Assembly: GCF_018350175.1 (NCBI RefSeq)
Contig: NC_058368.1
Location: 22,012,001-22,076,000, forward strand
Source: Felis catus
Lineage: Eukaryota
Direction: 5' to 3'
DNA length: 64,000 bases
The notes below the pieces were generated by a model, which made no database searches, had not been told where the DNA came from, and saw only the letters and a list, made by a program, of their open reading frames with translations. The translations under genes and the position numbers were made by a program. Shown one piece after another: positions 49,171 through 61,196 of this stretch (positions are counted from its first letter, which is position 1; each line of letters opens with the position of its first letter).

Positions 49171-50954
49171 ATATCTAAGGGGAAAAGTGCTGTTGAAGCA
49201 TTTTGATTAGCTTAATGGTGTCACAATCCACTTGTGAGCCAACTGCAGTAGCCAAGGCAGTGGAAGGAATATTTTGGCCACGCCTGGGTCATGTTCTGCC
49301 CTTTGGGTAGGGTGGGGTGGGAAGTAGAGCAGACAGGTCTATCACCAGGAGAAACAGGGACCAAATAGCTACCAGAGATTTTCTTTTTCTTTTACTTTTC
49401 TGATTCAGTTATTTCTGCTTCTATTGTTGCTATTTCCATCTCTCTCTTCTTGGAGATTTTTGGGGTGGTTTCCTTTTTAACTTGAATTCTTATTTATCTT
49501 TATTCCTGTATGAATTAATTATAATTGTAGATTCTTACCCTCCCACATGTCCTACCAACAATAACAAGGCTTCCTTTCAAGAATTATTTCTGATTTTTAG
49601 CATTTATTTTGTTGAACCCTTGTGGGTTTGATTCCGTCTCGTCTCATACGATTTTTAGTAAGCATACACAATCTGTTCACACACAAATATGTTTGCTAGA
49701 GATTCAGTTAAGAAGTTACAGACTTTCAGAACTCTGTAGGTTTTTGTCTATGTGTTCTTATGACATTTAGTTTTGCGGAAGTTCAAAGGCAACTTGACTT
49801 TTATCCTTTGTTTTTGTTAAGGTCATTTTATAGGAATGAGCTTTGAGAGCATAAATTTTGTTTCTTTTAAAAGCCACAAGACACTGAATTTGGGGTGTCA
49901 TCATTAATCTCAACTAGAGAAGTTCTTTAGGGGAATAGAAGTTTTGATTTTTTTTTTTTTTGTCTGCTGAAGCTATTATATCTTTCTTGCCTCTGCTTCA
50001 TTTTTTAGATTTTTTTTGTTCTTGTTGGCTTCCTCCACCTTCCCCCATTGTTGTAATACCTGTTTTTGTAGGATAACACTTTATCTTTTCCACATCTCTG
50101 TAATATACATATATAGGTGCTCAGTAAGTGTTTTTTTAATGAACAAATGTAGACTGACTAATTTTGTACCTTTCAGTTGTCCTCAGTCAATTTTCCATGG
50201 GGTCATTTCTGCTCTGTGCAGGTTTGGATTACTAGACTGTATGTGTGTGTATGGATATGTGTTTTTGATCTTTCATCTTGGCTGGGTTTTAGCTGAAGTC
50301 CTTTTTTCTCTCTCTCTTTTTTTTTTTTTTTTTCCAGTTACGTTTGTTCTGTCTCCTACAGAGAACTGATTTTGGAGGCAACCTTTCCTGCCTAAGCCCA
50401 TAGGGCATTTCTCCCCTTTCTTGGGCTGCATTTTCTTTTCTTTTTTTTTAATAGACCCTACATTATTTGTTGTTTATTCTGTTTACTCACTCTTGAAAAT
50501 GGAAAAGTACAACAGGGCCAGTGTCAGTCCACAGACGTTTGTTTGCTGCATGGCCCACTATCAGCACTACGCTAGAGGGCATGTTGGTATGCGCGGCCTC
50601 CATAGTTTTCAGTGCTCAAGAGGCATTCCTCTAGTGTCAGTCTGTTGGACATAATCTGGCATCTTCTCCTGTCCCTGCTTCCTGCTTTGCTGAAATATAA
50701 TGTCTATTCTAACAACTCTGAGGTGGACTTTATGGAAAAATTACTACTACCCCTTTCTCCCCAGAAGGCACCATTTTCAGGACTCTGTCATTCCTTTTGT
50801 CTCTACCTGAAGCACTTTGTCTTTAGCCATGATGGATAGATAGTAGGAGTCAAAGACAGAATGGATATGGACCAGTGATGAGCAACCTAGAGCTCACTGT
50901 ATATAACCGGTCTAATTTCAAAATATGATGCTCTTTCTTTAAGAGCCCTCTCTT

Positions 50955-51525
50955 ACAGTATGGCAGTTCCTCAAAAAGATTAAAAACAGAACTACCGTAT
51001 GATCCAGCAGTTCCACTTCTGGATATTTATCAGAAGAAAATGAAAATACTAATGTGAGAAGATATATGCACCCCCATGTTCATTGCAGCATTATTTACAA
51101 TGGCCAAGAAATGGAAACAACCTAAGTGCCAAGCAATAGATGAATGGATAAAGAAAATGTGCCTCCCTGCCCCTGTCCCTGTCCCTGTCCCTCTCTCTAT
51201 ATATAATTCACACGTAAGTATGATTCACCCACAAAAATGAATGAAATCTTGCCATTGATCAATATGGATGGACATTGAGGACATTGTGCTGGGAAAGTAA
51301 GACAGATGAAGAAAGACAAATATGAGTGTACTTATGTAAGTGGAATCTAAAAACAAAACAAAACAAAAACGAGCTCATAGATGCAGAGAACATATTGGTG
51401 GTTGCCAAAGGTGGGGGGGGGGGTGGGAGTGGATGAAATGGGTGAGGAACAGTCAAAAAGTACAAAGTTCCAGTTACAAAAAGCAAATAAGTCATGGGGA
51501 TGCAATAAGTAAAATAAAATAATTA
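50955..51525 (+). mobile_element. 5'-truncated L1 3' end
   Basis: acagtatggcagttcctcaaaaa...gatccagcagttccacttctgg...gatgaatggataaagaaaatgt...tgaaatcttgccat. Confidence 0.88.
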
Positions 51526-52823
51526 AACTAGTATTAACAAACAAATACAATGTATCTGGCCTTTCCCAAGGCATTTGGCAATTTTTTTCGATATCTTCAT
51601 AAATGAAATGAAAAAATATGAGTTAGGGTGATATGACTAACTGAATTCACCGTTAAAGTTTTTGAAAATGAATGCCCTCATTTTATAGATAGAACAAATG
51701 ACACACAGACAAGGGTGATAATTTCTGAATCATAGTGCATCAGTTACCAACCCAGACCAGATGAAGTTTTGTTTAGCAGGTAGTATTGAGTGTTGGTGGC
51801 TCATTTGTTAAATGACCAGTGGGGTAAATGATGTGATGCACATGCAAGTGACCAGCGTGGCTGCCCAGAGTAGGAAGGGCAGCCAGGAATTTGAGGGCGA
51901 TACAGGAAGGTGTTCAGTCTAGAGGTGGGGTGGGGCTGGTTATGATCTGAAGAGAACAGAGCAGTTAGGAGAGTTTCATCTTAATTTGTGGAGGATCAGG
52001 GGCTGGGGCTGCTTAGTTTGAGATACAGGTTTTGATTTCCCTCATGATATGGATCCCAGAACTGAAGAATAATGATCCTATGAAATTTAAAAGTATTATT
52101 AAACTGATTTTATATATAGTGGTTATAGTAAGTAGATATACCTAAAATATGAAAATAACAAATTCAAGAAAGGAATACTGTATTGAGGGGCATTATACTC
52201 TGTGTCTTTCTTTCCCTCTGTTATATGATCTCATTGATCCTAAAATGTTTATTTTCTCCATTTAATAGTAAGTTCTAAAGAGCAAAGATTGTATTTTTCT
52301 TGTGCATAGCTCTATCCTAAGTACTTAGCAAGATTCTCGTGCTTAGTACTTACTGATTGTTGAATGAATAAGTAAATGAATAAATGAACAAACCAACACG
52401 CAAATAAAAAGTTGGGACACAGCAAATCAGGAAATGCTGGGTAACTACCATGTTAACATGGGAGTCCTGAAAACATTTGTAATTTTACCAGAATTCTCAT
52501 TAGAATTAGCTCAATACAAGGAGAACTGAGCAGAGCAATAAGTAATGAACAAAAATCACGTCATATGATACCATATTCTAATTTGTGTTTTGTTTTGATG
52601 TCAGGAAGCATTTAGTTGAAATTCCCACAGTCAATTATCTTTACCTTAGTGCAGAAGAACCACATGAGGAAAAAGAACAATTACACAAATGCATTTAGCT
52701 AAAAAAACAACAACTTATAATGCTAAGTATTTTATCATTAAATATTTAACAATCAAAGAATAAATGTACATTTTTTAAAAGAAAAAGTGTGTGAGTCAAA
52801 GAGCCAGAAATACCTAGGGCACT

Positions 52824-52910
52824 TAATTAAGACAATATCATATCTCAATTATGTCTCAATTATTATTATGTCTCAATTATTAAGACAATATCCTATCTCA
52901 ACTATGTCTT
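52824..52910. repeat. Local nested tandem duplication
   Basis: attaagacaatatc(a/c)tatctcaa(t/c)tatgtct occurs twice, with internal attatgtctcaattatta copies. Confidence 0.8.
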
Positions 52911-53995
52911 TCTCTTTCATGAAATAATTTATTCATTATGACGTAGAACCTTTTGTAATAATAGCAGCTAAACATTATAGAGTACCTTACTTATACAAGG
53001 GCCTTATACAAGGCCCTATGCAAGGTGCTCTACTTTTTAATCCTCATAATCCTAAGAGGGAGATATTATCATCACATTTACAGATGAGAACAGAGCCTAT
53101 AGAGGGATCACATCCTGTGCCCAAGATCACTCAGGTCAGAAGCAACAATTTGCTTGCTCTGCCCAACTCTGTAATGACTGTTTCAGCACCCACCCTACTT
53201 CCACGCTACATATGCTTTTAAATTATATGCTACCTTCATTTATTTATGTGTAGGGCTGATTACTAAAGAAAAACCTAGTCTATCTTTATAATTTTATTCT
53301 TGAATTTTATTAAGGTGCATGATATAATATTCTTCTGATTCTTTTTTGCACCTGACACCATCCACTGAGAATCAGTGTGATCCTCACATGCTTTATCTTT
53401 GAATCCTCTGTCAACTTTCAGTATCCACTTTAGAGGCTCCCTGGGATCTCTTAACTTGCTTTTCAAACTTTTCCTTGCCTTGAGGGTGGGCAAGTTCCCT
53501 TCCCACTGACTTTCCCCACACTGAAAAGCTGAGGCACCCGACTGAAAACAGCATCTCTTCTGAAAACAAGAATTGTTTTTTTAGGTCTTCTGTTTTATCA
53601 TCAAAATCCACACTTACCACTTTGATTTCTACTTCATAACATATACATATCTCACTGGAAATCCTGATCACAAACAACACATACTGAAGGAATTTATTGG
53701 AAGGATATAAAGTAGCTCATAGAATGGCAGAAATGCTAGAGAATCAGAATCGGAAATAGGAATCTAGGGGGATTAGGGATTTAGGACCATAACCATGGTT
53801 TTGCTATAGGAATAGCTAGTTAGAATGCTGCTATCCACTGATGTGCATGTTTGTGTGTACACGTTTGCATGATATCCTGCATTGATTAATTGCATCATTG
53901 TTAGTAAGAAAAATATTAGAAAAAATGGAATTAACCCAAATGTCCATCAATAGGGTATTGGTAGAATAAATGATATAGTAATTTAAGAAGAAAAT

Positions 53996-55192
53996 GGGGC
54001 ACCTGGATGGCTCAGTCGGTTAAGCATCCGACTGCAGCTCAGGTCAAGGTCTCGTGGTTTGTGAGTTGGAGCCCTGCCTTAGGCTCTGTGCTGACAGAAT
54101 AGTATATTGGATAAAAGTTATTGTAATAGAACTAACCATACACTCATAGAATGATATTCAAGATATTTTAAAAAATGGGAAAAAGTTACAAAATAATGTT
54201 TAATATTATATTTTTGTCTTAAAATATATTTATTTTGGAGGTGCCTGGGTGGATCAGTCAGTTAAGTGTATGACTCTTGATTTCAGCCCAGGTCATGCTC
54301 TCACAGTCGTGAGATCAACAACTAACAGCATGGAGCCTGCTTGGGATTCTCTCTCTCCCTCTCTCTCTCCCCTCCCCCACTCACGTGAGCATGCCCTCTC
54401 TCAAAATAAATAAATATTTAAAATACATATATATATATATATACAGGGTGCCTGGGTGGCTCAGTTGGTTGAGCATCTGACTTTGGCTCAGGGCATGATC
54501 TCGTGATTTGTGAGTTTAAGCCCCAAGTCTGGCTCTGTGCTGACAGCTCAGAGCCTGGAACCTGCTTCAGATTCTGGGTCTCCCTCTCTCTGCCCCCTCC
54601 TCCACTCATGCTCCATCTCTCTCCCTCTCTCTCTCAAAAATAAACATTAAAAAATTAAAAAAGTATATATATATATATGTGTATACATATATATGTGTAT
54701 ACATATATATGTGTATATGTATATATATGTGTACACATATGTATGTGTGAATACATATATATGTGTATACACATATATATATGTCTACACATATATATAT
54801 GTGTATATGTATATATATGTGTATACACATATATGTATGTGTGAATACATATATATGTATGTATACACACACATATATATGTATGTATACACATATATAT
54901 ATGTGTATACATACATATATATGTGTGTGTATACATACATATATATATATACACACACATATATATATATATATATATTTAGGGGCACCTGGGTGGCTCA
55001 GTCGGTTAAGCAGCTGACTTCGTCTCAGGTCATCGTCTCGCGGTTCACGAGTTCGAGCCCCGCGTCAAGCTCTGTGCTGACAGTTCAGATCCTGGAGCCT
55101 GCTTCAGATTCTGTGTTTCCATCTCTCTCTCTGCCCCTCCCCTGCTCACGCTCTGTCTCTCTGTCAAAAATAAATTTAAAAAAACATTAAAA
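53996..55192 (+). mobile_element. Four same-orientation Can-SINEs (53996-54095 truncated, 54238-54420, 54446-54662, 54982-55192)
   Basis: Four heads in 1.2 kb, separated by TA-rich sequence. Confidence 0.88.
54664..54977. repeat. Complex (TA/TG/CA) alternating purine-pyrimidine tandem repeat, ~310 bp
   Basis: Recurrent units such as tatatatgtgtatacaca. It generates the YI/VY low-complexity ORFs in the track. Confidence 0.95.
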
Positions 55193-55919
55193 ATATATAT
55201 GTTTATTTCTATATGTATAAAAAATTTCAGGAGGAATATATACCAAAGTTTTTTTCTCTAGGTGGTTAATTAATGGAACACTTTGATTTATTATATCATA
55301 TTTCTGAAGTGTTTGAAATGTTTTTGTTAATAACTATACAGTACATGAATATGCCTCTCCTCACTGAAGCTTTCAATTATAATTTTCTCCCTAATACTTA
55401 TATTTTTATGACAGCTATATTTAGCTTTCTCTGCTCTACGTAAATAGATGTTCTCAAAAACAAGAATTAATACTCCTTTTCCTCACTCTCCTCACCCTCC
55501 ACTGTGGTAGGCCTCATTTCTTTAGTGAGTATGGCCAACTGAATATGGAAGAGTAAATAAAGAACAGATTCTAAATAGTTTCACATTGCAATTTTGTGAT
55601 TGTCATGGAGTAGCATTAAATATTGCTTTACCACAGTATGTAGATTCTAATCCCACTTTTGTTTTACATTTTTATTTTATCTATCATTGTTGTCATCACT
55701 CTCATCAGTTAAAATAACTAGTTTTAAATATCAGCTTATTCTCTAAAAGTACTCCTTTTCCCACTGGGATTTTTTCCCAATCATTGTATTGTAGAAAAAA
55801 ATTTTAAACTTTGAGTAAAAACTATTAGGCAAAGTTTTTAAAATATGTCTTAAAATACTTATATGTATTTAAATTTGGTGTAAAACTTGATGAAACTCAT
55901 TTTAGTTTGATCAATATTT

Positions 55920-56122
55920 AAAAAAATTGTTTTAAATGTTTTATTTATTTTTGAGCAAGAGAGCATGAGCTGGGGAGGGGTAGAGAGAGGGGAACAGAGG
56001 ATCCAAAACAGGCTCTGTGCTGACAGCAGTGAGCTCAGTGCAGGGCTTGAACTCATGGACCTTGAGATCATGACCTGAGCTGACGTCAGACTCTCAAGCA
56101 ACAGAGCCATCCAGGCACCCCT
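55920..56122 (-). mobile_element. Can-SINE
   Basis: TSD tagtttgatcaatatt on both sides. Confidence 0.9.
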
Positions 56123-56219
56123 AGTTTGATCAATATTAATATTTCAAATTATTGAATTAAGATTATTAGAAACTTATAAGACATTTTGGTATAATAATTT
56201 AATCATGTTAAGAGTTAAA

Positions 56220-56803
56220 ATAATTGCAAACTGGTGGAGCCACTCTGGAAACAGTATGGAGTTTCCTTACAAAGTTGGGAACTTGCAGCCCAACATTTAT
56301 AGCAGCATTATCTACAATAGCCAAATTATGGAAACAGCCCAGGTGTCCATTGACTGATGAATGGATAAAGAAGATGTGGTTTATATATACACAGTGGGAT
56401 ATTACTCAGCCATAAAAAAGAATGAAATCTTGCCATCTGTAACAATATGGATGGACATGTAGGGCATTGTGCTAAGTGAAATGTCAGACAGAGAAAGACA
56501 AATACCATATGACTTCACTCATGTGGAATTTAAGAAACAAAACAAGCAAAGGGAAGAAAAAGAGAGAGAGCAGCAAACCACGAAACAGACTCCTAACTAT
56601 AGAGAAAAAACATGGTTACCAGAGGGGAGGTGGGTGGGAGGATGGGTGAAATAGGTGATGGGGATTAAGGAGGGCACTTGTGATGAGCACTGGGTGATGT
56701 ATGAAATGTTGAATCACTTCATTTTATTTACTGAACACCTGAAAATAATATTACACTGTTAACTGACCAGAATTTGATTTAAAACTTTAGGAAAAAAATT
56801 AAA
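56220..56803 (+). mobile_element. 5'-truncated carnivore L1 3' end with an internal deletion
   Basis: tgcaaactggt...gatgaatggataaagaagatgtgg...gatggggattaaggagggcacttgtgatgagcactggg, then A tail. TSD aagagttaaa (56210, 56804). Confidence 0.9.
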
Positions 56804-56849
56804 AAGAGTTAAATTCATGATTTTTGTTTGCTTATTTGTTTGTTTTTAG

Positions 56850-56880
56850 CATTCTATATTGGAAGAAGAGATTTCTATAG
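56850..56880 (+). other. CAB39L: 5'UTR portion of the CAB39L first coding exon
   Basis: Polypyrimidine tract 56821-56847, AG at 56848-56849, then 31 nt to the ATG. Confidence 0.8.
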
Positions 56881-56991
56881 ATGAAAAAGATGCCTTTGTT
56901 TAGTAAATCACACAAAAGTCCAGCAGAAATCGTGAAAACTCTGAAAGACAATTTGGCCATTTTGGAAAAGCAAGACAAAAAAACAGACAAG
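56881..56991 (+). CDS. CAB39L: CAB39L (calcium-binding protein 39-like / MO25-beta) first coding exon, coding part
   Basis: Translates from ATG 56881 as MKKMPLFSKSHKSPAEIVKTLKDNLAILEKQDKKTDK (37 codons), the MO25-family N-terminus. Ends at donor AAG|GTATGA (phase 0). Acceptor ttttag|c at 56849/56850 follows a T-rich tract. Too short for the supplied ORF track. Confidence 0.97.
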
Positions 56992-57129
56992 GTATGAACT
57001 AAAACAATAATGTTATTTTTTAAATGCATATGTTCCAAAACCAAAAACCAGTATAAAATCTTGATGAAGAATCCCAAATATGGTCTGTGATGCTCACATA
57101 AAGTTTCTATAAATACATTTAAGTGCAGC

Positions 57130-57564
57130 GGGGCACGTGGGTAGCTCAGTCGGTTAAGCATCCAACTTCAGCTCAGGTCATGATCTCACAGTTCATGGGT
57201 TTGAGCCCCATGTTGAGCTCCATGTCTGTGCTGTCAGCACAGAGCCTGGAGCCTGCTTCGGATTCTGTGTGTCTCTCTCTCCCTCTCCCCTGCTCACCCT
57301 CTGTCTGTCTGTCTGTCTCTCTCTCTCTCCCTCTCAAAAATAAATAAACATTAAAAAAAATAAAAAATAAATTGATTTCAGGTTTTATGCAATTGTTAAG
57401 TCTATTGTCTTGAACTCTTAGTTCACTCTCTTGAGCCTCTGACCAAACTTGGATCCCTTTAGACTATAGAGCTTAAAAATCTAAGGGGTTACACTGGAAT
57501 ATAATGTTATACTGACATGAAGGATAAAATGGTTTTTGTTTTTTGGGTTTTGGTGGGGGGTTTT

Positions 57565-57614
<50 letters not shown>

Positions 57615-57791
57615 TCAGGGCATGCACAAGTGGGAGAGGGTCCGAGAGAGAGGGAGAGAGAGAATCCCAAGCAGGCTCCATGCTGTCACTGTGGAACCTG
57701 ATGTGGAGCTTGATCTCATGACTGTGAGATCATTACCTGAGCTAAAATCAAGAGTCATATGTTTAACTGGGTGAGCCACCCCAGGTACCCC
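57130..57791. mobile_element. Can-SINEs: 57130-57372 (+), 57533-57791 (-)
   Basis: Canonical bodies; (GA)n expansion at 57568-57611. Confidence 0.88.
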
Positions 57792-58139
57792 AAGACATTT
57801 TTATTTAAAGATCAACTGATAATTTCTACGACAGTGAACCTCATTTTAACATTTTTCAAAGGTCCTACTAAGCAGGGTTTCCTCATAGGAAGGATTGTTT
57901 TTATTATTTTATTCCTTCAAAGGGATGTTGGATCCTGCATATTCAATTTCTCTCTAAAGTGACTAGTATATGGCAAGACTTAAGAGATCTATAAAATAAA
58001 TATTCTTCAGTTCACAGTATCTTTCTATCTCAATGTATAATACAATCTTGTATTCTTATAGGAATGTAGGAATCTATTTTCTATCCAACATCTTTTAAGG
58101 GATGTAGAACTGTATTTTAAATTCTTGTGTACTTGTATA

Positions 58140-58985
58140 ATATTGAACCAAATATTGGCCCAATTAGAAGAAATGACCTCCATAAAAGAGTAAATATGAA
58201 TGGCAGAAGACAGGAAAAAAAAATACCATAAAAAGATACTCATTTCCATAGTAGTCAGGAAAAAGCCAATTAAAACCATAGCACATTCCTATTATACACC
58301 CACTATCTTGGCAAAAATGGAAAATGTCTCATATTAAGTGTTGGCAGGGATGGAAAGCAAATGAGAACTTCCATCCAGTGTGAAGGATAAAGTACAAACT
58401 GGTGTTACTGCTTTGGAAACTAGCTTAGTATCATCTGTCGTATATGAAGATGTGCCTGTGCTAAAACCTGCAGTTCCACTCCTAGGTACAAACTCTAGAG
58501 ATAGTCTTGCACTTAGGCACCAGGATGCATGTATAAGAGTGTTCATAGCATTGCTCTTCATAATAACCCCTCAGTGGAAACAGCCCAAATGTCCATCAAA
58601 GGTAGAACTGAAAAATTGTAGTCTCACCATCAATGGAATACTTGAGAGCAATGAAGTTTAAGGCACTGCTGCCTACATGCAACCGCATGGATGAATCTCG
58701 CATACATAATACTGAGTAAAAGAAGCACCTCATAAAAGGACATAGGTACTATTCCAAAAAGTTCAAAATTGGCAGGACTAGACTATATTGTTTTGGAATG
58801 CAAACACAAGTAAGAAAACTGTAAAGAAAACTAAAGAAATGATGGTCATCAAAGACATAAAAATATTTTCTTCTAGGTTGAAAAGGTTGCCTTCAGGTGA
58901 CTTCAGGGTTTCTGAAAATACTCTGTTCTTGCCCTGTGTTATGGTCACATAGCTGTTTGCTTTATAATTATTCTAAACTATGTAG
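58140..58985 (+). mobile_element. Ancient L1M 3' end
   Basis: aagtgttggcagggatgg...cagttccactcctaggta...tggaaacagcccaaatgtccatcaa...catggatgaatctc. Confidence 0.78.
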
Positions 58986-59289
58986 AATATAAAGTATTCT
59001 TCTCTGAGTAAATCTCACACTTTGAAGAGACTTCCAACCTTTAATAAATTAAGGATTGTTTCAGTCAGATCTTAAGATATATCTGGAAATTATGTTTTTA
59101 AAGTAGTGTTATGCTGCTATGAATTACTTTTATTTAATTTGCCTTATTCTCTTAATTTCCTGCTTCAATTATAATGATTACAGTAGTACACTTGAAAGTA
59201 TAAAACTATATTTCTTTTAAAATATTCAGCAAATTAAATTATTAACTTATTGGCCTGTTCTCCTTTGCTCGCCTGCATTAATTAAAAAA

Positions 59290-59535
59290 GATTTATTGAG
59301 TAAATTCACATGCCATATAATTTGCTCCTTTAAAGGGCAAACTTTAAAATTTACAATTCAGTGATTTTTAGTATTCTCACAAGGTTCCACAATCATCACC
59401 AATATCAAATTCCAGAACATTTTCACCACCCCCAAAAGAAATCCTGTACTTGTTAGCAGTCATTCTTCATTCTCCCTTCCCCAAGCCTGAGCACCCACTA
59501 AATCTACTTTCTACTTCTATGGATTTTCCTATTAT
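59290..59535 (-). mobile_element. L1 3'-end fragment
   Basis: tttattgagtaaattcacatgccat...tacaattcagtg...ttccagaacattttcaccacccc. Confidence 0.78.
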
Positions 59536-59659
59536 TCTTTAAAATATAGAGAATTTTTTTTTTAAGTTTCCTAGATAGCAAAAAAAGGCAATGATTATGT
59601 GGGAGAGATAAGTGGATTAACAAAATTTAATGGGTTTTGATAATCGATTGTGTGTTTGA

Positions 59660-60321
59660 CAATTTTTTTTTAATTTTTAAAATTTTTTCTTAAAAAAAAT
59701 TTTTAATGTTTATTTTTGAGGGAGAGAGAGAGAAACAGAGTGTGAGCCCGGGAGGGGCAGAGAGAGGGGGAGACACAGAATCTGAAGCAGACTCCAAGCT
59801 CTGAGCTGTCAGTGCAGAGACCAACGTGTGGCTCAAACTCACAAACCATGATATCATGACCTGAACTGAAATCAAGAGTTGGATGCTTAACCGACTGAAC
59901 CACCCAGATGCCCCAACAATTCAGTTTTATTACTTAGTCCGTTAAAAAATCAGAGTAATAGGAATTTGTTGAAAAACCTTAACAAATGCTTTGAATAAAG
60001 ACAAGTAGCTACGGATAGGTCTTCAAAACAGTCAATTTAATTTTTAAGAGTAAAATTTATAGTTAATTACTAGCAAAGTTGGACTATGAGTATGGTTTTA
60101 AAAGTTTTTTTTTTTTAAGTTTATTTTGAGAGAGAGAGAGAAAGAGAGAGAGGGAGGAGTGGGAGTAAGAGAGAGAGAGGGGAAAGAGAGAGAATCCCAA
60201 GCTGGCTCTGCACTGTCAGCATAGAGCCCAGTGTGGGGCTTGAACTCACGAACTGTGAGATCATGACCTGAGCCAAAGTCAAGAGTCAGATGACTAACTG
60301 AGTGAGCCACCCAAGGACCCC
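59660..60321 (-). mobile_element. Two Can-SINEs (59660-59914, 60104-60321)
   Basis: Reverse-complement SINE bodies. Confidence 0.87.
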
Positions 60322-60580
60322 GAATATGTTTTAAAAGAAGATTGTTTTAATTACATTGACTAACTAGAAATACTAGAGATATTTTTTATGTGAATAAATT
60401 TTTGCAACATTTTCCAAAATAGAAAAAGAAATGTCTATGAAAAAGTGTGTTTTTGTTTGTAACTGTAGTGTTCTTTGATCATAAATAAACAGAATCCAAA
60501 AAGTAGATTTGTTCGTTTGTTTGTTGATAGCTTGAAAATATTCATTCCTCATAACTATGAGTGTATTTTTTGTTCACCAG

Positions 60581-60745
60581 GCTTCTGAGGAAGTGTCGAA
60601 ATCACTGCAAGCAATGAAAGAAATTCTGTGTGGTACAAATGACAAGGAGCCTCCCACAGAAGCCGTGGCTCAGCTCGCACAAGAGCTCTATAACAGTGGC
60701 CTGCTGGTGACATTGATTGCTGACCTACAGCTGATAGACTTTGAG
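60581..60745 (+). CDS. CAB39L: CAB39L second coding exon
   Basis: Acceptor ttttttgttcaccag|GCT and donor GAG|GTAAAC. 165 nt, phase 0-0, encoding [55 protein letters not shown], in frame with the previous exon. The gene continues beyond the window. Confidence 0.97.
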
Positions 60746-61026
60746 GTAAACTATCTGTAAAAGGATGACGCTTCTGTTTTTTAATTTTAGTGTATACAAG
60801 ATCATAAATACTTGACTTTTTCTATTATTACCATTCATATATTATATAAAAACCCAGTATTTTTCTAAAACTTCTAAAATTTCTTTAATAAAGCAAAAAT
60901 GTATCTTATAGTTAAGTTTTCTGCAGGTAGGTAGCAAGGTTGGTGGCCAATAATAATAGTAATAATAAGAGATAACTTTGAGTGCTTACACATGCCATAC
61001 AGTTCTAAGCACTCATCTCCTTTAAT

Positions 61027-61196
61027 CCCCCCCCCTTTTTTTTTTTTAATTTTTATTCTCAAGTTAGTTGACATACAGTATAGTCCTGGATTCAGGAGTA
61101 GAACCCAGTGACCCATCTCTTACATATGACACCCAGTGCTCATTCAGAAGAGTGCCTCCTTAATGCCCATCACCCATTTAACTCACCCCTCACACC
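61027..61196 (-). mobile_element. Very short 5'-truncated carnivore L1 inserted in a MIR (~60950-61345)
   Basis: T tail followed by acacccagtgctcat...gtgcctccttaatgcccatcacccattt. 15-bp TSD ctcatctcctttaat (61012, 61197). Confidence 0.85.

Noticed and set aside
54606..55190. Y/I/V/C/H-rich ORFs on both strands
   Set aside because: Produced by the TA/CA tandem repeat, which lacks stop codons in these frames.
60557..60760. Track [16 protein letters not shown]...FEVNYL as a standalone gene
   Set aside because: It is the CAB39L exon read through into flanking intron; splice sites define 60581-60745.
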